Assembly: GCA_963781585.1 (NCBI GenBank)
Contig: CAWAGQ010000007.1
Location: forward strand, 96,001-160,000
Direction of reading: 5' to 3'
Source of the DNA: an uncultured Gemmatimonadaceae bacterium
GTDB taxonomy: Bacteria > Gemmatimonadota > Gemmatimonadetes > Gemmatimonadales > Gemmatimonadaceae
Length of the DNA stretch: 64,000 nt
This document shows, piece by piece, positions 1 to 9,132 of this stretch. Both the position numbers and the translations under genes were made by a program. The notes under the pieces were generated by a model. It searched no databases. It was not told the DNA's origin and saw nothing but the letters and a program-made list of their open reading frames with translations. Within the stretch, counting starts at the first letter, position 1; each line of letters begins with the position of its first letter.

Positions 1-91
1 GATTCGACGAGCTGTCGCTCCCGCGGTTCGCCGCGTGGGGGGCGGCGGGTGGTCTCTTACCCCTCCACACCTTGAATCGCCGCGCCGAAAG

Positions 92-1576
92 CTAGGGAGA
101 CGCGAAGGTCGCGTTCAGCGCCTGCCGCGCCCGGCTCCCGGCCAGATTCCACTCGTACCAGGTTCGTTGCCGAAGCACGTTGTGCGCGACGTACCGCTCC
201 CGCACGGCGCGACGGAGGTCGGCGCGCAGCGGTTCGGGGAGTGAAGGGAGCCGCTCCGCGATCGCCGGGATGGCGTCAGCCGACAGATCGTGCGTGAGAT
301 AGGCGATGTCGAGCTTACCCGTGCTCGCGAAACGGTCCATGTTCCGGTTCGCGATCCAGGCCTCGTGGTTCCAGTAGATGAGCGCGATGAAGAGGATCGT
401 GGCCGCCGCAGCCGAGCGGCGAAAGAGACGGTCTGCATCGAAGTTTCTGGCCACCTCGAGGGAGAGCATCGCCAGGCCCACGGCAACCGCGCACATGTAG
501 ACCTGGGCATACAGCCTCGCCGTGGTGAATCCGTAGGCCGCCTCGTACAGCAGTACCCGGCGGCAAGCGGAAGCGAGGAGCAGCAGCACCGCCGCGATGA
601 CCGCGAAGGTCAGTAGGCGCAGGGTGTGCTTGCGACCATCGTCATCTCCGTATCGCTCCGAGGCAACGATGAGCAGTGCGCTCGCCGAGGCGACGATGGA
701 TAGCTCGCCGAATCCACGCCGGGCATACTCGGCGAAGGTCATTCCGGAGGCAGGGATCCGGGGGAGGTTGCCAAAGAGATAGCCCACCTGAACCGCCAGG
801 AACAGCCAGAACAGCGCAGCGACGCCGGCGAGCAGCATGAAGCGCTCGGTCGATCCCACCCATCGCACGGGGGCCTTGCCCGCGATCGCGGGGGAGCTTG
901 CAGACTCGGTTGAAGCGTATCCATAGGCGCCGAGCACGATCACGAGGAGTGCCACGAAGAACACCACGCGCGGCACGAAGTCCCAGTTTGCGACGAGGTC
1001 TGCGACCGCGTCCCGCCACTCCGCGAAGACAGGATCTGCGTTCGCGAGCAGCAGCGCGAAGCCGACGAGCACTGGCAGCGTGATGGCGAGGCCCCGGACC
1101 CATGCCCGGGCGCGGGTCGATCGAATGAGGTACGTGGCTTCGACCGTGCGGCGCATCGCCTGAACCGCTGCGATCCGGAGTGCCACGAGTGGCGCAAGCG
1201 CAGCGAAACGGGCGGTGATGGCTCGGGGTGAAAGGCCGGCCGTCAGCAACATCAGCATCGCGAGGAAGAAGACGATCGCCACGCAAATCAGCTCCCACAG
1301 GAGCGGACTGGCGGTCACCGCCGTCGCGCCGGCAATCACGATTGGCGCGGCGGTCATGGCCAGGACGGATCGCGGAGGATGGGCGCGCGATCGGGAAGAC
1401 AGGAGCAGGCCGGCCACGGCCGCGCCGGTCCACATGATCCAGTTGATCCCCGGGAGGGCATCGTAGAGCATCCAGGCTCCGATGCCCGCCACCGCTGCCG
1501 CCGCGGCCCAGAGCAGCGTTGGCTCGCCCGTCACCGCCCCCGATGGCGGGCTGGAATCCTCAGACCTTGCGCACAT
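92..1576 (-). CDS. DUF4173/DUF4153-family polytopic membrane protein
   Basis: Many TM segments. Family-like motifs LLANADPVF, FLAVQVGYLFG, TFAEYARRGFGEL, YEAAYGFTTARLY, LDIAYL. Start uncertain (TTG 1612 or ATG 1576). Confidence 0.8.
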   Translation of the reverse strand: MCARSEDSSPPSGAVTGEPTLLWAAAAAVAGIGAWMLYDALPGINWIMWTGAAVAGLLLSSRSRAHPPRSVLAMTAAPIVIAGATAVTASPLLWELICVAIVFFLAMLMLLTAGLSPRAITARFAALAPLVALRIAAVQAMRRTVEATYLIRSTRARAWVRGLAITLPVLVGFALLLANADPVFAEWRDAVADLVANWDFVPRVVFFVALLVIVLGAYGYASTESASSPAIAGKAPVRWVGSTERFMLLAGVAALFWLFLAVQVGYLFGNLPRIPASGMTFAEYARRGFGELSIVASASALLIVASERYGDDDGRKHTLRLLTFAVIAAVLLLLASACRRVLLYEAAYGFTTARLYAQVYMCAVAVGLAMLSLEVARNFDADRLFRRSAAAATILFIALIYWNHEAWIANRNMDRFASTGKLDIAYLTHDLSADAIPAIAERLPSLPEPLRADLRRAVRERYVAHNVLRQRTWYEWNLAGSRARQALNATFASP

Positions 1577-1614
1577 ACGTGGAATGTTCGCAAAGGCTCT
1601 CCGTCTCGTCAAGT

Positions 1615-1631
1615 ACTTTATGTCACCAAGT
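1615..1631. promoter_or_regulatory. Palindromic operator-like box ACTTTATGTCACCAAGT
   Basis: ACTT-N9-AAGT just upstream of the DUF4173 gene. Its reverse complement matches the box at 56280-56296 at 12/17 positions. Confidence 0.5.
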
Positions 1632-2103
1632 TAGACGAATTGCCGAGCCTCTGCCGGGAGTCGCGCCAGTGCCAGGTGCGGTATGGCAGTGCCCAGCGAT
1701 CGAGGTACTGGAGATCGTCTTCATCGAGCCGGATGCCATAGACACGCCGGTGTGCCGCGCCCCACGACGCTGCCCGCGAGTGCGAGCAGAAGTCCGCTGT
1801 AGATCGGATGGCGCGTCCCGTTCCCGAACCCAACGACTGCCCCGAACAGCACTCGACGTATCGGGATCACGCGAATCGCCTGCCGATCGGCAGATGGATT
1901 TGACACCGGCGCCAGCCGGCATCAGGATGCCGACGCCATCTACCAGGCGATGCCGGTCGCGATCCGGGACGCCGGATCGAAGGCCGTGCCGCTCCTCCGG
2001 AACTGTGAGCCGGCCAAGGGACGCGACCTCGGCCGTAGCTGACGTCAGCACCGCGTGCTATGATTATCTCCCCACCGGGCAACCCTCATCGCTCGCGGTC
2101 CGA

Positions 2104-3450
2104 ATGTCGCGTCCAGGTGTGATCGTTGTTTTCGCGTGCGGCGTTGTCGCCGCCGGATGCAGCGCTCTCGCGGCGATAGTGGGCGCTCCGAAGATCGTGT
2201 CGGTCACCATCTCCGCCCCCGCGGGACTCCTCGTCGGCGAATCGGCGATCGTCACCGCGATCGCAATGGGTGACGACGGCAGAGATCACCCCGGGCACCA
2301 GAGACATTGGAGTAGCAGCGACCCCGCGGCGCTCTCCATCGACGCGAACGGGAAGATCATTGCGCTCATCGCTGGGCGAACCGTGACCATCAGGTGCGAG
2401 GTCGACGGCACCAAAGGGACGGCGACGGTCGTGGTAGCGAGCGACGATAACCGGTTCGGGTACGCCCTCGCCGACCAGCCGGCGGCAGCTGCCCCATATG
2501 TGCCTGCCGCCGCAACGCGCTTCAACTCGGGCGGGGGGACGATCGAAGTCACGCGGACGTCCACAGGTCTGTACTCGGTGCGCTTTGCCGGGCTGGGTCG
2601 AACACCGGGGCAGCGCGACAACGTGCAGGTGTCGGCCTACGACAGCGTGCCGGCCTACTGCAAACCGGGCCTCTGGATTACGAGCGGGGTGGATCTCGTC
2701 GTTCCCGTGGCCTGCCTGGACGCCAGCGGCAATCCCGCAGACAGTCGCTTCACCGTCATGGCGTTAGGCGCGTGGGCGTTCGGGAAGACGGCGCCACTCG
2801 GCTTCGCCCTGTACCAGTCTGACACCGGGAGTTTCCGGCTCGATACCCTTGCCACGTCCCGCAATTCGTCGGGAGGCCACGTCGACGGCGGGCGTATTTC
2901 CGACGGGAATTTCGCGATACAGTTCCAGGGTCTCGAGTCCGCGTGGCTGGCTGCTCCCGCGGCAATCCAGATGACTGGTGTCGGGTTCAACCTGAGACGC
3001 TGTCGGGCCACCGCGTATGACAAGGCCACTGCCAGCCTGGGGGTGTTCTGCACTCGCCTTGGCGGCGGTTTGGGCGACGCGCCATGGAGCCTGTTGTGGC
3101 TGCAGCAGGGGCGGCCGTCGATGCGCTTCGGCTTCAGCTGGACCACGAACGAAGCGTCGACCGTGGACTACATCACGTTCCCGGACTTCCGCATTAATTC
3201 GTCCGGCGGAACCGTCAAGGCACGCAAGACGGCGCTGGGCCGGTATCACGTGGTCTTCGCGGGTCTTGGCCGACCGCCCGGCGCGGCCGAGACCGTCCTC
3301 GTCTCTCCCCTCTTCACGACGAGCGATCGCATCTGCGACATCCTGTCGTGGGGGAATACCGGGGCGAGCGACCTGTTCGTGGATGTCTCCTGTTATGACA
3401 TCACAGGCACTCCGATCGACAGCCGCTTCGGCGTCATGGTGATCGAGTAG
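2104..3450 (+). CDS. Secreted/lipoprotein with an Ig-like (Big_2-type) domain and three tandem ~110-aa Cys-containing repeats
   Basis: Signal peptide with VAAGC lipobox and an Ig-like WSSSDPAALSIDANG segment. The repeats share NSxGG, YxVxFxGLG and C-x-D-x-x-G-x-P-x-DSRF. The ORF-track extension from 1519 looks non-coding. Confidence 0.75.
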   Translation: MSRPGVIVVFACGVVAAGCSALAAIVGAPKIVSVTISAPAGLLVGESAIVTAIAMGDDGRDHPGHQRHWSSSDPAALSIDANGKIIALIAGRTVTIRCEVDGTKGTATVVVASDDNRFGYALADQPAAAAPYVPAAATRFNSGGGTIEVTRTSTGLYSVRFAGLGRTPGQRDNVQVSAYDSVPAYCKPGLWITSGVDLVVPVACLDASGNPADSRFTVMALGAWAFGKTAPLGFALYQSDTGSFRLDTLATSRNSSGGHVDGGRISDGNFAIQFQGLESAWLAAPAAIQMTGVGFNLRRCRATAYDKATASLGVFCTRLGGGLGDAPWSLLWLQQGRPSMRFGFSWTTNEASTVDYITFPDFRINSSGGTVKARKTALGRYHVVFAGLGRPPGAAETVLVSPLFTTSDRICDILSWGNTGASDLFVDVSCYDITGTPIDSRFGVMVIE

Positions 3451-3634
3451 CGGAGCACACGCCCTGCCTGCCCACGACCAGCACCAGCTCGACTCCACTC
3501 GAGCACCCGCACGTCGGAGCGCTGGAGTCGCGCATGCGACCCGCGCTATCTGCGAGGAACGGCAGGAGAAGGCACGACAGCTGAGGTTCAGATGAGCCCT
3601 CGCTTGCTCGCAACGGAAACGGCCGCGGAGCGGG

Positions 3635-4021
3635 AGTGGACCGCAGGTCGCGATGCTCGTGCGCGAGTACTCCCTGCATCGGCCGCTCGAGCTCCGTCAG
3701 ACGTATCCCACGCTCGGAGATGTGCGCATGGACACCGTGGTCGGCCGCGAGTCGTACTCCGTGCAAGCGATGGCAGCGGATGGGGTGGCCGAGACCTTGT
3801 ACTTCGAACGCGCCCGGGGGCTGCTCACAGCATGGGACGTGACGATGGACGGCACGGAATTGAGGACCGGCCTGGATGACTACCGCGCGGTCGACGGTGT
3901 GATGGTGCCGTTCAGGGTCTCGCGTGAGCGACCGGACTTTTCCTGGAGCGAACTGATCTTCGAAGCTCGTCAGAACGTGCCCGTCGATTCTGCGCGGTTC
4001 AGGAAACCGTCCGGGAATTGA
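3635..4021 (+). pseudogene. C-terminal fragment of a LolA-like/outer-membrane lipoprotein-sorting protein
   Basis: TLYFERARGLL...DDYRAVDGVMVPF...QNVPVDSARFRKP is a typical C-terminus. No signal peptide or N-terminal half upstream. Confidence 0.5.
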
Positions 4022-4246
4022 TCCGTCAGATGCCACGACAGCGACATCCCTGCAGGTCGCATGCCCTTGGCGGAACTCCCGGGTTTCGCCTAGACCAGAG
4101 CGGCAGGCTCACGTGCCACTGCACCATTTGCATCCGTGCACAAATCATTCATCCGTGGCCGCGGAGATCAATTCCAGGTGGGGGTCCGACGGCCTGCCGT
4201 CGACAAACCTGCCGGCGATTTCAGTCGCCCAGAGTGGCTGATTGGG

Positions 4247-4699
4247 TCACAGCCCAAACTGGCGCAGATGGTGATCCGTATGAACGTAGGCGTATCGGAG
4301 CCAGTCGCGGCGATCCATCCGACCAAAGGCAGGGTGGGCCGGGGCAAGGAGCTGTCCAGGCGTCGCAAGTTGCCGCAGGAGATCGATCGCACGTTCGCGG
4401 TCACCACCAAAGGCGGCCGCGTCCACCAGCCTTGAAGCCGGCTCCGCTCCGGACTTGATGCCGCGTGGGGAGCGCGGCAGCACATACAACGCGATGAAGC
4501 GAACCAGGCCGCGCGGCCCGGACCGTGGCCTCGACGAGAACGGGCGCTGGCCAAGCGCTGCGGCGTTTGCATCGCCAATGTGCACGAGCATCTGGTGCAC
4601 GTTCATGGTGCCCCAGCGACGGCGATCGTCGGGCGCAGCTCGACCGATTCGCGTTACGAGCGAGTCCAGGACCGCCTTGTCCCCGACGTGTCGACGCAT
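4247..4699 (-). CDS. DinB-like DUF1569 family protein
   Basis: RRWGTMNVHQMLVH, HPAFG and HTDHHLRQFG motifs. ATG at 4699. Confidence 0.85.
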   Translation of the reverse strand: MRRHVGDKAVLDSLVTRIGRAAPDDRRRWGTMNVHQMLVHIGDANAAALGQRPFSSRPRSGPRGLVRFIALYVLPRSPRGIKSGAEPASRLVDAAAFGGDRERAIDLLRQLATPGQLLAPAHPAFGRMDRRDWLRYAYVHTDHHLRQFGL

Positions 4700-5105
4700 G
4701 TAAGGCCGAGTGGTTCTGGACGGAGCACGGACCCGCTGCCCGGCTCCCAAAGCGCGATGGACGAGAACCGCCACACGGTATCCAGGCCGGTTCACGCTGC
4801 GAGCGATCAAGAACAAGGTGGCAGCGGGCGGAGCAAGGCGCCACGGGGCGACAGGGCCTCAGCCCACGAAGCAGCGTGGGCCGGAAGCGCTCTACCCCGT
4901 AGAACGGTCTGCGGTCGCTGCGTGGGCAGAGCTGCCCTTCTGCGCGACGCGAACGACTGTCGTGGGAGCGGTTCGCGCGGATTGATCGGGCCGGACCGGT
5001 GGTGATCGCCTTGTTCACCCCGGCGGCTCCCGGCCGCCGCTGTTCCTTCCGTCTCGCACCGCCTATCATACTATCAGTGCAAGTTTGCAGCCGCCCGGGG
5101 GACCG

Positions 5106-5435
5106 ATGCCACAGCATGCGCTTGGAGAGTTCGAGCATCTCGTGCTCCTCACGCTCGTGTGTCTGGGAGGACGGGGTCACGCGGCTCCGGTGGTGGCGGA
5201 GCTCGAGAAGGCCACGGGTCGGGCCGCGTCGCCGGCGGCCGTGTTCATCGCCCTGCGCCGGCTCGAGCAGCGAGGATTGACGCGTTCGTCCAAGCGCGAC
5301 CCGAGGCCAGGTGAAGGGGGACGCGGCCGCCGCGTGTTCCGGTTGACTCCGGCCGGCGAGACGAGGCTGCGTGAGGCGCGCCGGACGCTGGAACGGCTCT
5401 GGTCCCGAGGGTACACCGCGCCGGAGGCGACGTGA
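5106..5435 (+). CDS. PadR-family transcriptional regulator
   Basis: [10 protein letters not shown]...LRRLEQRGL...[14 protein letters not shown]. The stop overlaps the permease start (GTGA). Confidence 0.9.
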   Translation: MPQHALGEFEHLVLLTLVCLGGRGHAAPVVAELEKATGRAASPAAVFIALRRLEQRGLTRSSKRDPRPGEGGRGRRVFRLTPAGETRLREARRTLERLWSRGYTAPEAT

Positions 5436-8104
5436 GGGAGGCGCCCCCGGCACTGGCCGTGCGACTCTTCCGCGCTCTCCTCCCCGTCGATCTGCGCGAC
5501 GACGCGGTGGACGATCTGGCCGATCAGTACGACGTCCGCCTGGCGACGAGCGGACGCGCGGCGGCGAACCGCTGGTACTGGCGCCAGGTGCCCGTCTTCG
5601 CGCTGCGCCTCCAGATCGCGACGGCACTTCGCGGCCCGCTGACTGCGTCCGGCCCGCGCCGCGCCGCCGACCACCCCAGAGAGCCTGCCATGCGGACGAC
5701 CTTGACCGACCTGCGCTATGGCGCGCGAGCGATGGCCCGGAACCCGGGATTCACGGCGATCGCCGTGCTCACCATGGCGTTAGGCATCGGCGCCACGGCC
5801 GCGATCTTCAGCGTGGTGCGCTCCATCCTGCTTCGTCCGCTGCCGTTCCCGGAGCCGGATCGGATCGTCCAGCTGTGGGAGACCCGTCCCGAGCGCGACA
5901 TGTTCCAGATCTCGTTCACCTACGCGAACTTCTGGGACGTTCACGACATGAACCGGACGCTCGACGCGGTCGGCGCCATTCGCTGGAGCTCGATGAACCT
6001 CACGGGCGCCCAGGAGCCGCTGCGCGTGAGCGTGGCGGGCGTCACCGAGGGGTTCTTTCGCGCCCTTCGCGTCACCCCCGTGATCGGCCGGATCTTCGTT
6101 CGGGGCGACGACGAGCCGGGCAGCGACGCGCGGATCGCGGTGCTGAGTCACAGCTTCTTTACCACGCGCTTCGGCGCTGATCGAGCGACGGTCGGCCGGG
6201 ACATCGTGCTCGACGGGCAGTCCTTCCGCATCATCGGTGTCCTGCCGCCTGGGACGCCGTGGCTCGACGCCGCCCAGGTCTTCGTGCCGTTCGTTCGCCC
6301 CGCCACGCTCAATCGCACCAGCTGGGAGCTTCCGGTCGTTGCCCGGCTTGCCCGCGGCGTCACGCTCGCGGCGGCGAAGGCCGACCTCGACGGGATCGCG
6401 CGCCGGCTCGCCGCGACGTACCCGGAGGCGAAAGGGATGGGCATTGCGGTCGAGGGGACCGACAGCTGGGTCGCGAGCGACAGCCTGCGGCGCGCGCTCT
6501 GGGTGCTGGTGGGAGCCGTGGGCTTCCTGCTGCTGATCGCCTGCGTGAATCTCGCGAACATGCTGCTGGCGCGAGCCACCACCCGCACCCGCGAACGCGC
6601 CACGCGATCGGCGTTAGGCGCCACGCGCGGCCGCATCGTGCAGCTGGCGCTCACCGAGTCGCTCCTGCTGAGCACACTGGGCGCCGCGGTGGGGCTCGCG
6701 CTCGCCTTCGGCGCCGTGCGCGTCTTTCGGACGCTCGACCCCGGCGCCATTCCGCGCCTCGCCGACGCACGCATCGACGGCTGGGTGCTGCTCGTGACCA
6801 TGGTCACGGCCCTGATCACGAGCGTCGTCACCGGACTGATCCCCGTGATGCGGACCCCGTACGCCGACATGGTCACCGCGCTTCGTGAGGCCGATCGCAG
6901 CGTGAAGGGGCACCGCAAGGGCGCCCGATTGCGGCACGCGCTCGTGACCGCCGAGGTCGCGCTCTCGCTCATGCTGCTCGTCGGCGCCGGTCTGCTGGTG
7001 CGGAGCTTCGGCCGCATCCTCGGCGTGGAGCGGGGATTCCGGAGCGACGATCGGGTGATGTTCGACATCGGGTTCCCCAGGGCGCGAACCGACTCGGCGT
7101 CGGCGCGAAGCGGCCAGGTCCTCGCGGACTTTCTGACCCACCTCCGGGCGCGCCCCGCGATCGTGTCGGCTGCGGTGGTGCACCTCCGGCCCCTCGAGGG
7201 ATCCGGTACCGGCATGGGGTTCGGGGCGGTCGACCGGCCGGACGCCACGGGCAAGGAGATTCCGTGGGCGGGATGGCGCGTCATCTCCAACGACTACTTC
7301 AGGACGATGGGCGTCCCGCTGCTCGCCGGGCGCGACTTCACCGGGCAGGACCGGATCGGCAAGCCGTGGAAGGTGATCATCAGCCATCGCATCGCCGAGC
7401 TGCTGTGGCCGGGGCAGAGCGCCATCGGCCACCACATGGCGTTGTGGAAGGGGCAGGGCTTTGATGACGGCGAGGTGGTGGGCGTGGTCGGTGACATGCG
7501 CGACTGGGCGCTCACCGACGATCCCACGTACTCGGTCTATCTCCCCGCGTACGGCTATGGCATGTCGCCGGCGCATGTGGTCGTGCACACGTCGCTGTCG
7601 ACGGGCGTGCTGGTCCCGATGGTCCGCTCGCTGTTGGCCGAGCTGGATCCCACGCTGCCGTTATCCGATGTGCGCACCATGGATGCGTTGGTCGGCGACT
7701 CCGTCGCGTCGCGCCGGTTCACGATGCTCCTGCTGGCGGCGCTCGCGGCGATCGCGTTGGTCCTGGCGCTGGCCGGCATCTACGGTGTGCTGTCGTATGC
7801 GGTGTCGCAACGCCGGTCGGAGATGGGGGTGCGCATGGCGTTAGGCGCCAGCGCCGGCAGCGTGCAGCGGCTGGTGATGGTGCAGGGCATGCGACCCGTG
7901 GTCGTGGGCCTGGTGGTGGGCATCGCGGGTGCCATGGCGCTGTCGCAGGTGATGTCGAGCCTGCTGTTCGGCGTCGCGCCGGGCGACTGGCCGACCTATG
8001 TCGTGGTGGCGATGCTGCTGCTGGGCGCGGCGGCACTCTCGTGCTTTGTGCCGGCCCGCAGCGCGCTGCGCGTGAACCTGTCGGCGGCGCTCCGGGAGGA
8101 GTGA
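5432..8104 (+). CDS. Duplicated MacB/FtsX-type ABC permease (ADOP family) with N-terminal prefix domain
   Basis: [40 protein letters not shown] and [13 protein letters not shown] give two PCD+FtsX halves. Confidence 0.95.
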   Translation: MREAPPALAVRLFRALLPVDLRDDAVDDLADQYDVRLATSGRAAANRWYWRQVPVFALRLQIATALRGPLTASGPRRAADHPREPAMRTTLTDLRYGARAMARNPGFTAIAVLTMALGIGATAAIFSVVRSILLRPLPFPEPDRIVQLWETRPERDMFQISFTYANFWDVHDMNRTLDAVGAIRWSSMNLTGAQEPLRVSVAGVTEGFFRALRVTPVIGRIFVRGDDEPGSDARIAVLSHSFFTTRFGADRATVGRDIVLDGQSFRIIGVLPPGTPWLDAAQVFVPFVRPATLNRTSWELPVVARLARGVTLAAAKADLDGIARRLAATYPEAKGMGIAVEGTDSWVASDSLRRALWVLVGAVGFLLLIACVNLANMLLARATTRTRERATRSALGATRGRIVQLALTESLLLSTLGAAVGLALAFGAVRVFRTLDPGAIPRLADARIDGWVLLVTMVTALITSVVTGLIPVMRTPYADMVTALREADRSVKGHRKGARLRHALVTAEVALSLMLLVGAGLLVRSFGRILGVERGFRSDDRVMFDIGFPRARTDSASARSGQVLADFLTHLRARPAIVSAAVVHLRPLEGSGTGMGFGAVDRPDATGKEIPWAGWRVISNDYFRTMGVPLLAGRDFTGQDRIGKPWKVIISHRIAELLWPGQSAIGHHMALWKGQGFDDGEVVGVVGDMRDWALTDDPTYSVYLPAYGYGMSPAHVVVHTSLSTGVLVPMVRSLLAELDPTLPLSDVRTMDALVGDSVASRRFTMLLLAALAAIALVLALAGIYGVLSYAVSQRRSEMGVRMALGASAGSVQRLVMVQGMRPVVVGLVVGIAGAMALSQVMSSLLFGVAPGDWPTYVVVAMLLLGAAALSCFVPARSALRVNLSAALREE

Positions 8105-8238
8105 GCCCTCCGGCGCACTACGCGTGAAGTAGTGTGCAGGACTGCGTGCTGGCGCTCGGGTCGGCGCCGTTGCCGTGGTCGGCCGCCGCTCATTCGCGTC
8201 GCCGCCCACGCAGGCTCGGCGTTGCGGCGCGCTGCTCC

Positions 8239-8832
8239 TCAGGTCAGCGCCGAGCGCGAGCGCTGCGAGATTGAACTCGCGGGCTGTTCCGCCTCTGGCA
8301 GGCCGTCCAACCCGTCCACCCCGTCCACCCTCTCGAGCTGATCAGGACGCGCTCCCGGCTGATGTGCGTCGGCGCGACGGGCCAGCACGATGGACCCGGC
8401 GGCAACGGCCGCGCCGAACACAGTCGCCCACCGGGCATCGTCCAGGACGAGGCCCCACGCGATCGGGCCATCGCCGAACAGCACGTTCATCGCCTGCAGA
8501 TAGAGCGGCACACCCACTCCCCCGACGACCGCTCCCACGATCGCAAAGCGCACGGGGTTGATGTCGGCCAGCCGTCGGCCCCGATAGCGAAACCGGATCA
8601 CGCTGGAGAACGCGGTTCCGATCACCGCGCCGGCGATCCCGAACCGGACGCCCCAGCCGATCCCGGACAGGATCGCCGCGCCGAGCCGCCCGAGCACCGA
8701 CCCGACCCCCGGACCGGGATTGAACAGGCTGATGGCGGTGGCGATGGCACCCCCGGCCACGGCCCACGCGGCGCCCCAGGTCGCGGCGTTCCGCAGCACG
8801 GCCCACAGACCGCGGAATCTGTTATCGGTCAT
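8239..8832 (-). CDS. Hypothetical four-TM membrane protein (paralog of 56367-56831)
   Basis: MTDNRFRGLWAVLRNAATWGAAW...AAGSIVLARRA. GAGGAG SD upstream of ATG 8832. Confidence 0.75.
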   Translation of the reverse strand: MTDNRFRGLWAVLRNAATWGAAWAVAGGAIATAISLFNPGPGVGSVLGRLGAAILSGIGWGVRFGIAGAVIGTAFSSVIRFRYRGRRLADINPVRFAIVGAVVGGVGVPLYLQAMNVLFGDGPIAWGLVLDDARWATVFGAAVAAGSIVLARRADAHQPGARPDQLERVDGVDGLDGLPEAEQPASSISQRSRSALT

Positions 8833-8869
8833 CACACTCCTCGGAGGCGTCTCGGCTACCGGGCCGAGG

Positions 8870-8910
8870 GCTTTGTAGCGCAAAGTAGCCTCGCGGCCCA
8901 GCGTCGGCAA
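8870..8910 (-). promoter_or_regulatory. Sigma70-like promoter TTGCCG-17-TACTTT overlapping palindrome CTTTG-N5-CAAAG
   Basis: Minus strand reads TTGCCG acgctgggccgcgaggc TACTTTGCGCTACAAAGC. Palindrome at 8871-8885. Confidence 0.6.
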
Positions 8911-9132
8911 GCGCCGGCAATGTTCCACCGCGGAGTACCAGGGCCAGACCTTCCCCATCCCCAGCGTGAAGGGGGTCATGTGCACGCCACGCGATCACGT
9001 CACGGTGGTCGGAGAGTTGGGCCGGCACTCGCCCGCCTCCGCGGCGTCGTTCTACTGGCAGAGGGACGGACGGGTGGAAATGTTATGCGGTCCGGACCCG
9101 CGCCTCTGCGACTCCTTCCGCGAGGAAACAAC

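Noticed and set aside
1640..2045. Protein-like stretches between the DUF4173 and Ig-like genes (e.g. DADAIYQAMPVAIRDAG)
   Set aside because: No recognisable family, start or consistent frame.
5063..5084. ACTATCAGTGCAAGT upstream of the first PadR as a member of the CTTTG-N5-CAAAG motif
   Set aside because: Different length and weak symmetry. It may be a separate operator but cannot be supported.
8114..8136. Hairpins at 8114-8136, 3490-3530, 17330-17372, 29500-29531 and 32548-32570 as a repeat family or CRISPR
   Set aside because: They share no sequence and have no regular spacing. Most likely independent terminator-like stems without clear U tracts.
8362..9132. Long N-terminal extensions in the ORF track (also 1519-2103, 27576-27803, 30519-31325, 52216-52701)
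   Set aside because: They overlap other genes or promoters. Signal peptides and SD motifs mark later starts.
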